Of a DNA stretch of 36,183 nt, positions 21,608 through 33,059 are shown in pieces (the stretch's first letter is position 1; each line of letters starts with the position of its first letter). The notes under the pieces were generated by a model. The model saw nothing but the letters and a program-made list of their open reading frames with translations. It had not been told where the DNA came from and ran no database searches. The DNA lies in the NCBI RefSeq assembly GCF_001194135.2, contig NC_068982.1, positions 190,448,817 through 190,484,999 on the forward strand, given 5' to 3'. The position numbers and the translations under genes are program-made. This stretch comes from Octopus bimaculoides (lineage: Eukaryota).

Positions 21608-22550
21608 GGCGCAGGAGTGGCTGTGTTGTAAGTAACTTGTTTACCAGTTACATGGTTCCGGGTTCAGTCCCACTGCGTGGCACCTTGGGCAGGTGTCTTC
21701 TACTATAGCCACGGGCCGACCACAGCCTTGTGAGTGGATTTTGGTAGACGGAAACTGAAAGAAGTCCGTCGTATATATGTATATGTATGTATGTATGTAC
21801 ATATGTATGTATGTATGTATGTATGTATTAATTATGTATGTATGCAAGCATGTATGTATGTATGTATGTATGGATGGATGGATGGATGGATGGATAGATG
21901 GATGGATGGATGTACGTACGTATGTATGTATGCATGTATGTATGTTTAGGAGTTCAGGAGTTAAACATAAACATAAACAAAGGCCTGTGATATGCAGGAC
22001 ACTAACTGGGAGAACAATGCCTGTCATCGCCACAGATGGAGGAAGCAGGTTAAGGAGGGGATCGACACCTTTGAGAGAGCACGAATGCGCAATGCTGGTG
22101 TAGTGAATGGGGAAAGCTTGGTCTGCAATGTTTGCAGTCGTGTATGCTTGTCAAGAGCAGGGCTCATTAGCCACTAACGGAACCGCAAATGCAAAATATA
22201 AGTTAGTCCTAGAGTGCACAATTTTCCTGAAGGTCGGCAATTGTCTTCCTCGGTAACGAGTGGACAGTCATCATGTATGTATGTACTACGTACGTACGTA
22301 TGTATGTATGTATGTATGTATGTATGTATGTATGTATGTATGTGTGTGTTTGTGTGTCTGTGTTTATCCCCCCACTATCGCTTGACATCCGAGGGTGGCG
22401 TGTCTACGTCCCCGTAACCTAGCGGTTCGGTAAAAGAGAGCGATAGAATAAGTACTAGGCTTACAAAGTCCTGGGGTCGATTTGTTCGACTAAAGGTGGT
22501 GCTCCAGCATGGCCGCAGTAAAATGACTGAAACAAATAAAAGAAAAGAAT
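21608..22550 (+). mobile_element. SINE family A, full length, interrupted by an RTE fragment
   Basis: Head 21608-21775 (GGCGCAGGAGTGGCTGTG...GAAGTCCGTCG), microsatellites, tail 22345-22550. Confidence 0.85.
21950..22275 (+). mobile_element. RTE-BovB LINE 3' end with (ATGT)n tail
   Basis: MQDTNWENNACHRHRWRKQVKEGIDTFERARMRNAGVVNGESLVCNVCSRVCLSRAGLISH; closely similar to 4351-4740; 3' UTR ends CATCATGTATGTATG. Confidence 0.9.
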
Positions 22551-22789
22551 ATTTTCGTGATTAAATATTATCAGGAATTGTATCAAAGAAATTGTTGAAA
22601 TATTTTGTGTATTGTAGAACCGATTTTATTGCCCAGAAATTTTAATAAAATCTAATTATGGACCCTCAAGAGCCATATGCACCCTAGTTGAGAGCCACCA
22701 TTTGAGATCAAACATAGGATTTCTTGATACCAGAATTCACTGCTTTCCATTAGAGCCACCCGTTTGTCGGGGATTTTTTGTTTCATTAA

Positions 22790-23919
22790 GGTGAGGCTGT
22801 GTGGTAAGAAGCTTGCTTGCCAACCACATAGTTCTGGATTCAGTTCCACTACGTGGCACCTTGGGCAAGTGTCTTCTACTATAGTCTCGGGCCGACCAAA
22901 GACTTGTGAGTGAATTTGGTAAACGGAAACTGAAAGAACCTGTTATTTGTATTTGTGTAACATTCTCCGTTTTTTTTCCGTCGTTGTTTTCGTATACATT
23001 CGCTGCTTTCTTCCAAGGAATCTAATGCTCTTAGCTTAGTTTTTCCTTGGNNNNNNNNNNNNNNNNNNNNNNNNNNNNNNNNNNNNNNNNNNNNNNNNNN
23101 NNNNNNNNNNNNNNNNNNNNNNNNNNNNNNNNNNNNNNNNNNNNNNNNNNNNNNNNNNNNNNNNNNNNNNNNNNNNNNNNNNNNNNNNNNNNNNNNNNNN
23201 NNNNNNNNNNNNNNNNNNNNNNNNNNNNNNNNNNNNNNNNNNNNNNNNNNNNNNNNNNNNNNNNNNNNNNNNNNNNNNNNNNNNNNNNNNNNNNNNNNNN
23301 NNNNNNNNNNNNNNNNNNNNNNNNNNNNNNNNNNNNNNNNNNNNNNNNNNNNNNNNNNNNNNNNNNNNNNNNNNNNNNNNNNNNNNNNNNNNNNNNNNNN
23401 NNNNNNNNNNNNNNNNNNNNNNNNNNNNNNNNNNNNNNNNNNNNNNNNNNNNNNNNNNNNNNNNNNNNNNNNNNNNNNNNNNNNNNNNNNNNNNNNNNNN
23501 NNNNNNNNNNNNNNNNNNNNNNNNNNNNNNNNNNNNNNNNNNNNNNNNNNNNNNNNNNNNNNNNNNNNNNNNNNNNNNNNNNNNNNNNNNNNNNNNNNNN
23601 NNNNNNNNNNNNNNNNNNNNNNNNNNNNNNNNNNNNNNNNNNNNNNNNNNNNNNNNNNNNNNNNNNNNNNNNNNNNNNNNNNNNNNNNNNNNNNNNNNNN
23701 NNNNNNNNNNNNNNNNNNNNNNNNNNNNTATAACCAGCCGAAATTGCAAAGATAATCTGGAACTCGACTGAGGAAAGAAAACTCCGAATGACCCGTCCTT
23801 GTTTTCTTTGTATCGTCTGTCTGGATGTTTTGTTGTCCCTTTTTTGTATCACCTAGCTGTTTGGATGTTTTGCGTTCTTGTCCCATTTTGTATTTTGTAT
23901 ATATATGTATATATATATC

Positions 23920-23977
<58 letters not shown>

Positions 23978-24200
23978 TGTGTGTGTGTCTGTGCTTGTCT
24001 GTGTTTGTCCCACCACCATCACTTGACAACTGATGCTGGTGTGTTCACGTCCCCGTAACTTAGCGGTTCGGCAAGAGAATCTGATAGAATAAGTACTAGG
24101 CTTATAAAGATTAAGTCCTGGGGTCGATTTGTTCTACTAAAGGCGGTGCTCCAGAATGGTAGCAGTCAAATGACTGAAACAAATAAAAGAATGGAAGCAT
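22790..24200 (+). mobile_element. SINE family A (head 22790-22945, tail 23990-24200) separated by an unrelated insert and a 678-N gap
   Basis: Head and tail match the other family A copies; the intervening sequence is not family A. Confidence 0.75.
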
Positions 24201-24354
24201 AAAAGGATAACCTTCGAGGTTCCCCAACTTGTTTTTCCTGGCGCACCCAAAACTTCATATACATTCAAGAATTAATTTAGCAATGATAAAGGAATATGTT
24301 ATCTGCGTGGATTCCATGTTCTTATCATTATAATCGATGAATATTTCGCTGTCA

Positions 24355-24420
24355 CTCCTGGTTGTATGGTAAGAGGTATGCTTTCCAATCACATGGTTCC
24401 GGTTCAGTCCCACTGAGTGA
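24355..24420 (+). mobile_element. SINE family A head, truncated
   Basis: TGGTTGTATGGTAAGAGGTATGCTTTCCAATCACATGGTTCCGGTTCAGTCCCACTG. Confidence 0.7.
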
Positions 24421-25641
24421 AGGGGGTGGAGAAAGGGAAGGAGCAAAAGAGAAAGATTGAGAGAAAGTGAGAGTTGAGTGTTTTTCTCCTGATTCCAGTG
24501 GAGTGCTGGTCACAGACATTGTAAACCGAAGCCTCTATGGTGTGCAGTCTGACCCTAAACTTCTCTAAAGTTTGCAGTTGTAAGAAATAAATTTACGTAC
24601 AAAACGGCGAAATATAAATGTGACAACCAGAGACTTTGATCTCAATAATGAATCGTCTGCTTATTTCTTGGTCGTGACAGCGGCCAAAATAAGAAACCAC
24701 GTAAGCCTAAAATTACAATATTTTCTTTTGAAGTTGAATTGTGAATGAAATATCTGATAAAAGTGAAAGTTTTGGAAAGAAATTCTCTTGAACTCCATAA
24801 AATGTTGAATTGCTAAAATGAAGAACATTATTTGAGATATAAAAGCACATTTAGTAAGGTTGGAAAGAATCATTAAGATAATATCTTCCTTCGCAAACAA
24901 GTTCGAAACAAAAAGTTGAATATTTCAAAGAAACCTGGAACATGAAAGCATGACAGATATTGTAAAAGACAAGATCAGAATGACAACGACAAAATATTCT
25001 GAGTTTTTTCTACGTAGCTGGATTAAAGCTAATATACAGAGATTAGATTGTAGCACAAACGTTTGTGTCCGGACATGGAGATATTTCAATAAAGAACTGG
25101 TTGCAACTGCTTCCTTCAGAACAACAATTAATATTGATTTCTAAGATCGGCAAAATGCCGCACTATATAGAATATGGAAATGATGTAGTGGATTCCATAA
25201 CCCTAGTATTCGAGTGGTACCAGCAATTATCATGTACGCACCATTTGCCAGGAATGTGTTGAAGATGTAAATTGGTCTCTTCAATAGCGTCACACTACTA
25301 AATGTGGTGGATATTTAAGCAATGTGTTCGTGGATAGATGATGGGATGACGGAAGAAAGAGCAACAACTCCTGAAACATGCATATACACCCATCACCTAT
25401 CTTCTCTATCTTTGAATGCATTGTTTTCAGACATATTTGTATACGAAACATCGTAACTTGCTGTGCTGGCTCAAAGTTTTATAGAAAATTTGTAAGGATA
25501 GCCTCGATTGGTTATTGTATTGATCCTCCCAGAAGGATGAAAAACAAGATTAATTCTGAAAGGATTCGAACTCACAGCCTTAAGTTGTGTAGCAAAACAC
25601 TACAAGAGATATTCTTTTCAGCATTATATACTTTTCTACTC

Positions 25642-26185
25642 TAGGCACAAGGCTCGAAATTTTGGAGGAGGGGGCCAGTCGATTAAACTGATACTTAATT
25701 TATCGATCCCGAAAGGATGAAAGGCAAAGTCGACTACAGCGGAATTTGAACTCAGAACATAAAGACATATGAAATACTTATTTCGTTATTGCCCACAAGG
25801 GGCTAAACATAGAGGGAACAAACAAGAACAGACGAACGGATTAGGTCGATTACACCGACCCCAGTGCGTAACTGGTACTTAATTTATCGACCCCGAAAGG
25901 ATGAAAGGCAAAGTCGACCTCGGCGGAATTTGAACTCAGAACGTAACGGCAGACGAAATACTGCTAAGCTTTTCGCCCGGCGTGCTAACGTTTCTGCCAG
26001 CTCACGGCCTTTTTGAGGGGAATACATAGACCCCAGTACATGACTGGTACTTTATTTTATCCACCCCGAAACGATGAAAGGCAAAGTTGACCTCAGTGGG
26101 ATTTAGGCTCAAAACTTAAAGAACTTGAAGAAATTCCGCTAAGCATTTTGTCCAACACACAAACGATTCTGCCAGGTCGACACCA
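25642..26185 (-). mobile_element. Cluster of three family C SINEs (25642-25775, 25776-26010, 26011-26185)
   Basis: Each contains the reverse complement of GACTTTGCCTTTCATCCTTTCGGGGTCGATAAATTAAGTACCAG, resembling the Deu/Nin conserved SINE domain; the middle copy is complete and least decayed. Confidence 0.85.
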
Positions 26186-27473
26186 CTGCCACCTCCTTCA
26201 CATTCTCCATTAATAAGAACGTATAATGATTACGCCGTGACACCTCAGAATACTGAAGTGAATGACTTAAGCCATTTAATCCTATTGAGCGCTCACACAT
26301 TGTTGAAAGTAGATACCATTTGCATTTGAGATGGTATTAACCAGCTAAACACTGTTTTCAAATACTATCCATGAAAAGAGTGAACTGGTTTCGATGTCAG
26401 GCCGGGAAGGACACATCAGCCGCTCTCTGACAGATTTGTGATCAAGCCTGTGGCAGTGGAAACCTTTCTAGATATTTCTTTGCTGTGAGGAAGAGGAAAG
26501 ATGCGATGGTTTTGGTAGAGCCCTTCATCAAATTTAGAAAACTATTTCATTAAGCATTATGAGACAAATCCAAGACATAACCAGAACGACTCCAGCTGTT
26601 GCCGAATGATTTAGAAAGTTTTCATGGCTGTTCCCACCCTCAAAATTATTTCATTGGTGCACGATGGAATAATCAATGGGAGATTCCGGTTGTACTCCCT
26701 GCAGAGTGACAGCGACACCGTTTCGTTAGCGAAGTATCGACTCGGATGTACCTGTCACTAGTTCACTGGATGATTGATAATTGATGACGTAATGATCATT
26801 AAACAGTTCTTCATACAGCAGAAGCTTGCGGTCCCTTTTTTCTTCTTCTTCATCACGCATCAACAAGAAACGACGTCAACCAAAGATTTCAGTGCTGCGA
26901 TACTAAAGACACGGAATGAAAACTGATATTTTTCTGCAAACGCTATAACCCGCTGTGAATTGACTTGGTATCAGTTTGATTAATTAATTCACTGCAATTG
27001 CAGACGATAGATGCTATTTATTCACGGCTGACGTGAAATTTCCCTTCCGTAAACACCTGGCATGTCAGACACGAACACATCTCAATGGAAGCCTGTAGTG
27101 TGTCACTAAAATCGGTCGCTTGGCCGTTCTATATTAGAACGCTATTTACAAATGTTTCTTCTGCGGATAAAACATTAGCCACCACCACCACAGCCGCCAC
27201 CAGACATTCTGTCGTCACGAATGGCACTAAATGCTACAAATAGATAGAAAGTCCGATGGTGATAGGATAAGCTACGCTTATATCCTTGCACAGTAAACGA
27301 CCGGAAAGTAGCATTAATCCGATTTGGTGACGTAATAAATTTTTAGCTAATCTTATTTATCAAAACATCCACTAATCTCGTCATTTGTTGTCAACTGAAG
27401 CGACATCTATGGTAATTTCACAACACAAAATAATTATTTATGTATATAATTTCTATCTATCAATCTATCTTTC

Positions 27474-27713
27474 TGTGTTCTTGAGCAAGACACTTTATTT
27501 CACGTTGCTCCAGTTCACTCAGCTGTAGAAATGAGCTGCGACGTCACAGGTGCCTTTCCCTTGAATAACATCGACGGCTTGGAGAAGGGCGGCTGGTATG
27601 CATGGGCGTCTGCTGGTCTTCCACAAACAACTTTGTCCGGATTTGGGCCTCGCAGGGTAACTTTTTAGGCGGAATCCCACGGCCATTCATGACCGAAGGA
27701 GGTCTTTACCCTT
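27474..27713 (+). mobile_element. SINE family B, body type 1, 5'-truncated
   Basis: TGTGTTCTTGAGCAAGACACTTTATTTCACGTTGCTCCAGTTCACTCAGCTGTAGAAATGAG...GACCGAAGGAGGTCTTTACCC. Confidence 0.85.
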
Positions 27714-28124
27714 ATATATATTCACTCAGTTAGCTGTGTGAATAAGTGGGCCCCAGGGTGGTAAATTAAAGCGTTGTTATCACAGTTATTATTTTTGTTG
27801 CTTCACTCGTTTTGATGTTCTTTTACACATTCCGTAAAATTGAACTTCCTTCCTTTTTACCCAAACGGAAGAAAAAAAATTAATTTTTATAATTTTTTTT
27901 CTCTACGAATTATTCAAGATTCCTTTGGAGGTCACTCATTCGTAGTTCGAAAGACATGAAAGTTTAGTTTGAGACATTTTTGTGTATAACCGCGTTTGTA
28001 CATGTATTCAACCTAAGATGGCTACAAGCCAGAAAAAACACCCACACAAATTAAAGATCAACACAACAGCAAGGAAAACAAACGAGAAAGTACAGAAAAT
28101 TATTAATGACATGTTGACGGATTA

Positions 28125-28138
28125 ATAATAACAACAAC

Positions 28139-28202
<64 letters not shown>

Positions 28203-28228
28203 ACAGCAGCAGCAGCAGCAGTAGCAAT

Positions 28229-28289
<61 letters not shown>

Positions 28290-28320
28290 ATAGTAGTAGT
28301 AGTAGTAGTAGTAGTAACAG
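28125..28320. repeat. Compound microsatellite (AGT)n-(AGC)n-(AGT)n
   Basis: Directly visible. Confidence 0.97.
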
Positions 28321-29159
28321 CATCAAAAACATTCGAACGTTTCTAACGATAAGACTAACAACAATAATGCAAACACAGAAACACTCGCACACAAGTTTGA
28401 ACACAAGTTTGAACACATGAAGAAAAGCTTTTTTTGTTGTTGTTTTTTGTCAGCAATGTCACCAGTGCAGAAAATTGCAGGTATTGCACCAGCTGGGGCG
28501 AAAAAATATGGTCTTCGTTAGTGCTCTTTACACGAAAGTGAGAGAGTATGAAGGCTGCATATTTCTGTATCACCAAGAACGGGGATTGATTTCTGTATAC
28601 CTTCAGACGTATAATTGAAGGTTGCTCTGAAGGTGTGGAGCGATATCTTCTCTGTCAGTGAGGGTGGGGGGTTTAAGAGATCGTATGCCTAATTTGGAAA
28701 ACTTAAGAAGGATCGAAGACGAAAGAATATATTTTCTTGTACTTACTCGTACGTTTGGCGTACGTATAAAAAGATTTAAAACACAATGAAAGATAAAATG
28801 GCGGAAACGGAATGGCTGGATTCACATTTGATTATAATTCTGCTTGATCGGGGTCTATCTGGGGCTAAACTAAAATAGAAACACGGGATACTGAATATCT
28901 GCCTTGTGTCGTATTTTGAAAGGTACGAAGTTAATAGGACACAGTAACACTGACTACAGCCCTGACAGCAATAATAACAACAAGGACAACACTACAACAA
29001 CAGAATCACGGACAAGACAAAATCAATCAACCGAAAGCGAAAGAAACTAGCGATTCCCGTGGAAATTCCACGCTCCGTTTTGGGATGGAGTGTCACTTAT
29101 GGACACCTCCACTGCCTGTAGTAATAACTCTTCATTATTCCTCATAATGGTTTCCAATT

Positions 29160-29362
29160 TTGACAAAAGGCCACTAACCACGGGGCAGGGGGCAAGTTGA
29201 TTAGATCGACCCCAGTGCTTAACTGGTACTTATTATATCGACCCCCGAAAGGTGAAAAACAAAGTCGACTTCAACGGAATTTGAACTCAGCGCGTAATGA
29301 CGGATAAAATACCGCTAAACGCTTTATCCGGCGTGCTTAACGATTCTGCCAGTGTGCCGCCT
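29160..29362 (-). mobile_element. SINE family C
   Basis: GACCCCAGTGCTTAACTGGTACTTATTATATCGACCCCCGAAAGGTGAAAAACAAAGTCGAC...GGAATTTGAACTC matches 25776-26010. Confidence 0.85.
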
Positions 29363-29675
29363 TGTCACCATTCTTCTTTTATATCTCGATGATTTTTTTG
29401 CTTTTTTTGCTTTTTTGCTTTCGTAAAAGTACAGATGCCTACTAAAATGTCCAGCTGTTTACTTAGAAGTGCAGCAGTGACTTCGTGAACGAGTCTACCA
29501 GAGTTTGATATGACTTCACTTTCGATATTTACGTAATTCTCGCTGACAAGGAACAGGCTTCCATCTGACTGTGAAAGTTTGGGAATTTGCTTTCATCCAC
29601 GTGACAGTAAATCTTTACGTACGAACAATGTGTGTGTGTGTTGTATGTAGAAGATATATGAATATGCATACATAT

Positions 29676-29835
29676 CATGGTTACGTGGTAAGAAGTTTGC
29701 TTTCCAGCCACATGGTTCCGGGTTCAGTGCCACTGCATGGCACTTGGGATAAGTGTCTTTCACAATAACTCCGGCCCCCTAACCAACGCCTTGCGAACGG
29801 ATTTGGTGGGTGAAAGCAGAAAGGAGCCAGTGTCT
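29676..29835 (+). mobile_element. SINE family A head, followed by (AT)n and (AG)n
   Basis: GTGGTAAGAAGTTTGCTTTCCAGCCACATGGTTCCGGGTTCAGTGCCACTGCATGGCACTTGGG. Confidence 0.8.
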
Positions 29836-29883
29836 TTGATGTATGTATATATACATATATATATAGAGAGAGAGAGAGAGAGG

Positions 29884-29919
<36 letters not shown>

Positions 29920-30053
29920 AAGAGAGAGACAGAGAGAAAGGGAGAGTGAGAGAAAGGGAGAGTGAGAGAAAGGGAGAGAGAGAGAAAGGGAGAGAGAGAG
30001 AAAGGGAGAGAGATGTACACATATATGTATGTGTGTGTATTTATGCATATATA

Positions 30054-30884
30054 CGTAGTCTGATCAATAAGTATCCGGTCTGTTGCCATAGTTACAAAGC
30101 TTAAGCATGCCGACTGAAGCTCCTCGCCACAGATTGATCTTGAACTCTGCTATGCATATGTACACTAAGTTTTAACGTTCTAAACACTTCCGCTGTTTAC
30201 AGCAACGCTTGGAAGGAAGGTGTGTACTGTGTGATCTTTGCATTGACCATGACAGAGGAAGTGGAACAGAGAATCTGCATCGAACGGAGAGTTTTCAAAA
30301 AGCTTTCATCGTTCTCGACTCCAGCAAGATCTTGTGCAACAAAAACCCGGATGTCATTTTGGCAAAAGCAGTTTTGGCACAAACTTGGCAGACACGCGTC
30401 TCATACCCAAATCTTCAGAGATAATGGACTGAACTGAACCGTAACTAATCTGCACATCCTTTGATAACTCACGGATGGTGAATCGACGATATCTCCTCAC
30501 AGCTGCACGCACATCTGCGATGTTCTTCTCAGTTCTGCTGGTTGCGAGTCTCCCAGAAGGTTCGTCAATATCGACATCTTTTCGGCCATCTTGGAAACGT
30601 CTGAACCACCCGTACACTTGTGTGCGGTTCATACACTCTTCTCCATACACTTTCTACAACTTTGCTTTAGGCCTTTGAGCAAGTATCGCCATGACAACTT
30701 TCTCTGTCATGGTCAATGCGACGATTACAAGCTACACACCTTCCTTCCCAGCATTGCTGTAAACAGAGAAAGTGAGCTAGAACGTTAAAACTTAGTGCGC
30801 ACGCAGAGCAGAATTCAAGGTCAATCTTTGCCAAGCGGCTTCACCCTGCGTACTTTAGCTTCATTACTTATTGATCAGACCTCA
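30054..30884 (-). mobile_element. Non-autonomous mariner derivative with two 5' ends; N-terminal transposase (HTH) remnant on the minus strand
   Basis: TA-flanked TIRs (GTCTGATCAATAAGTA shared); minus strand YGEECMNRTQVYGWFRRFQDGR..GRLATSRTE..DLGMRRVSAKFVPKLL; plus strand MTEEVEQRICIE at 30249. Confidence 0.9.
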
Positions 30885-30916
30885 TATATATATATATATA
30901 TATGCTGCTGATGCTG

Positions 30917-31147
30917 AGACCCCCTTCGGCCATGACTGACCATGGGGTTGCCCGAGGCACAAGTCCGGGAAAGGTTGTTTATGGAAGACCAGAAGTTACC
31001 CATGCATATCAACCTCCCCCTCTCCATACCACTGATGTTATCCAAGGGAAAGGCAAAGGGGCCAATACAGCTTCGCATCTATGACGTCGCAACTCATTTC
31101 AACAGCTGAGTGAACTGGAGCAACGTGAAATAAAGTGTCTTGCTCAA
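30917..31147 (-). mobile_element. SINE family B, body type 1
   Basis: Closely similar to 18085-18300; the head is lost in a gap. Confidence 0.85.
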
Positions 31148-31292
31148 NNNNNNNNNNNNNNNNNNNNNNNNNNNNNNNNNNNNNNNNNNNNNNNNNNNNN
31201 NNNNNNNNNNNNNNNNNNNNNNNNNNNNNNNNNNNNNNNNNNNNNNNNNNNNNNNNNNNNNNNNNNNNNNNNNNNNNNNNNNNNNNNNNNNN

Positions 31293-31352
<60 letters not shown>

Positions 31353-31734
31353 GTCGTTGATTAATATATTTTTTCTCTACACAATCATACAAACTCAGAT
31401 ATATTTCTCTCTCTCTCTATATATATATACATGCATATTTATACACACACACATACACACACACATAAATATATTCACATCCAAACATGCATATATATTT
31501 ATTGTTATGGTGGCCATGCGAGCAACGACAAATGACCATTTATTTAGAAATCCCACCGTTATATTCTCTATATCCTTATAGATGTTCTTTAGACATTTCA
31601 CCAGCGGGTTTATAAACCTGAATGAAACCGAAGATTTTCTTATCCCTGTTCTTTATATGATCTCTTCACTTGCTAGACATAGATGCTAAAGAGAAATTAA
31701 GCAACATTGCATGATGGGAACTCCATCGGTTTCG

Positions 31735-31975
31735 AAGATGTCGACTCAGTCAATTGATCAACTGAACACGTGACTGGGGAATACTCAGTCTCGTGTACCT
31801 CTAACGTGATTCTCACACCGAATTTGTGTAACACCGTTGGACTTCTAAGTTACATTCGACTGAGCACCACGCAGCGACTGTTAACTGTTTGGTACAGACA
31901 AGTGTTGAATAGGCTCGAAGCTCTGATCAAAAGACACTTGCCCCAAAATACCAGGCTGTGCGATTGAACTCGGTA
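31735..31975 (-). mobile_element. Degenerate SINE family B remnant
   Basis: Weak match to the head (GAGTTCAATCGCACAGC..GGGGCAAGTGTCTT) and to the body type 2 end (GGAACTCCATCGG). Confidence 0.4.
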
Positions 31976-32454
31976 CCTCTTCATCAAAAAGCGAACTCTT
32001 AAATGCTCCGTTGTGTCTGCGTCTAAAACAGTTGATATCATTCTAGATACATATTGCCTGAACAAAGTTAGGGTGGCCATGCCTGGAAAGTTTTGATCAT
32101 AAATATTCTCAGACAGGACTGCCGAGGTTTAAACAACAAATATAGAAGCTAACAGTAAACATTTGACGCCGTTTCTCAGCCTGCTAGAAATAGTAGCCAG
32201 TACTCCGTCAAGCCCAACCCTAAAACCTTAAAAATTGAAAATGAAATCTTTGATATATTCTGCACAGAAAAAGACGATTCGGCGATCTGTCTCATCATAC
32301 TTGGCCTAGGGTCAAACAACAACAACAAGCGTACAGAAATATACACCGATGAAAAAAAAAACATCGGTAACAACCACAACAACCACAACAACAACAACGA
32401 TAACAGCGTTAGGCTGATAAACGCCAACAACAGCAGCGATATTAAACCCTAGGT

Positions 32455-32670
32455 CACAGGGTGGGGAGCTTCAGGTGATTACACAATATGCTAGAAATAA
32501 CAGCCAAATTTTCTTAATCCTCACATTGCTGTCCTAATGAAAACTGACACATTAAATTGTATAGTGCTGAGGTTCCTTGCATAGAGAAAACAGATGAGAT
32601 GGGCGCGGCTGGAGTATTATTGATCATAGGTCCACTGAGTCAGGACTGGCCTGGGGCTAAATGATATCAA
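32455..32670 (+). mobile_element. Interspersed repeat family D, near complete
   Basis: TGCTAGAAATAACAGCCAAAT...GATCATAGG...CTGGGGCTAAA; partial relatives at 16690-16830, 31990-32150 and 28845-28875. Confidence 0.55.
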
Positions 32671-32771
32671 CCCCAGGAGCATAATCTCGATGTGGTGGGA
32701 GGCAATGGAGTGGAGAAAAATGTACTTTCCTCTAAAACACCTGCTCATACCACGACCCTTACAACTATCTT

Positions 32772-32773
<2 letters not shown>

Positions 32774-32814
<41 letters not shown>

Positions 32815-32836
32815 TGTTCATTTGTGTCTGCGTATA

Positions 32837-32886
<50 letters not shown>

Positions 32887-32908
32887 TGTTCATTTGTGTC
32901 TGCGTATA

Positions 32909-32969
<61 letters not shown>
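32774..32969. repeat. (TG)n array with an exactly duplicated 29-nt spacer
   Basis: TCTGTTCATTTGTGTCTGCGTATATACAT occurs twice between (TG)n tracts. Confidence 0.95.
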
Positions 32970-32973
<4 letters not shown>

Positions 32974-33059
32974 GTGTATGTTCTAAAATCTTCATTGACG
33001 TCATTCACCTCCCTCGCTCTATAAAGTTAGATGTTGTCATGACAACCTACTTGACATAC

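Larger units (their letters stand above)
21477..22700. mobile_element. Probable hAT/Charlie-type non-autonomous element split by nested insertions
   Basis: CAGTGGTTCTCAAC at 21477 and GTTGAGAGCCACCA at 22687-22700 (11/14 match to the inverted repeat); GACCCC/GGACCC subterminal motifs; flanks ATTTGGAC and ATTTGAGA may be a decayed 8-bp TSD. Confidence 0.45.

Noticed and set aside
24666-24700. RDSGQNKK resembling the DxCxGQNKN motif of Sola-type transposases
   Set aside because: Downstream motifs were not found; a single short match is expected by chance.
28588-28635. Small inverted repeat CCTTCAG...CTGAAGG
   Set aside because: A 7-bp stem is expected by chance in 36 kb.
32774-32969. Repeat-spacer pattern resembling CRISPR
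   Set aside because: The repeats are (TG)n, the two spacers are identical, the context is eukaryotic and there are no cas genes.
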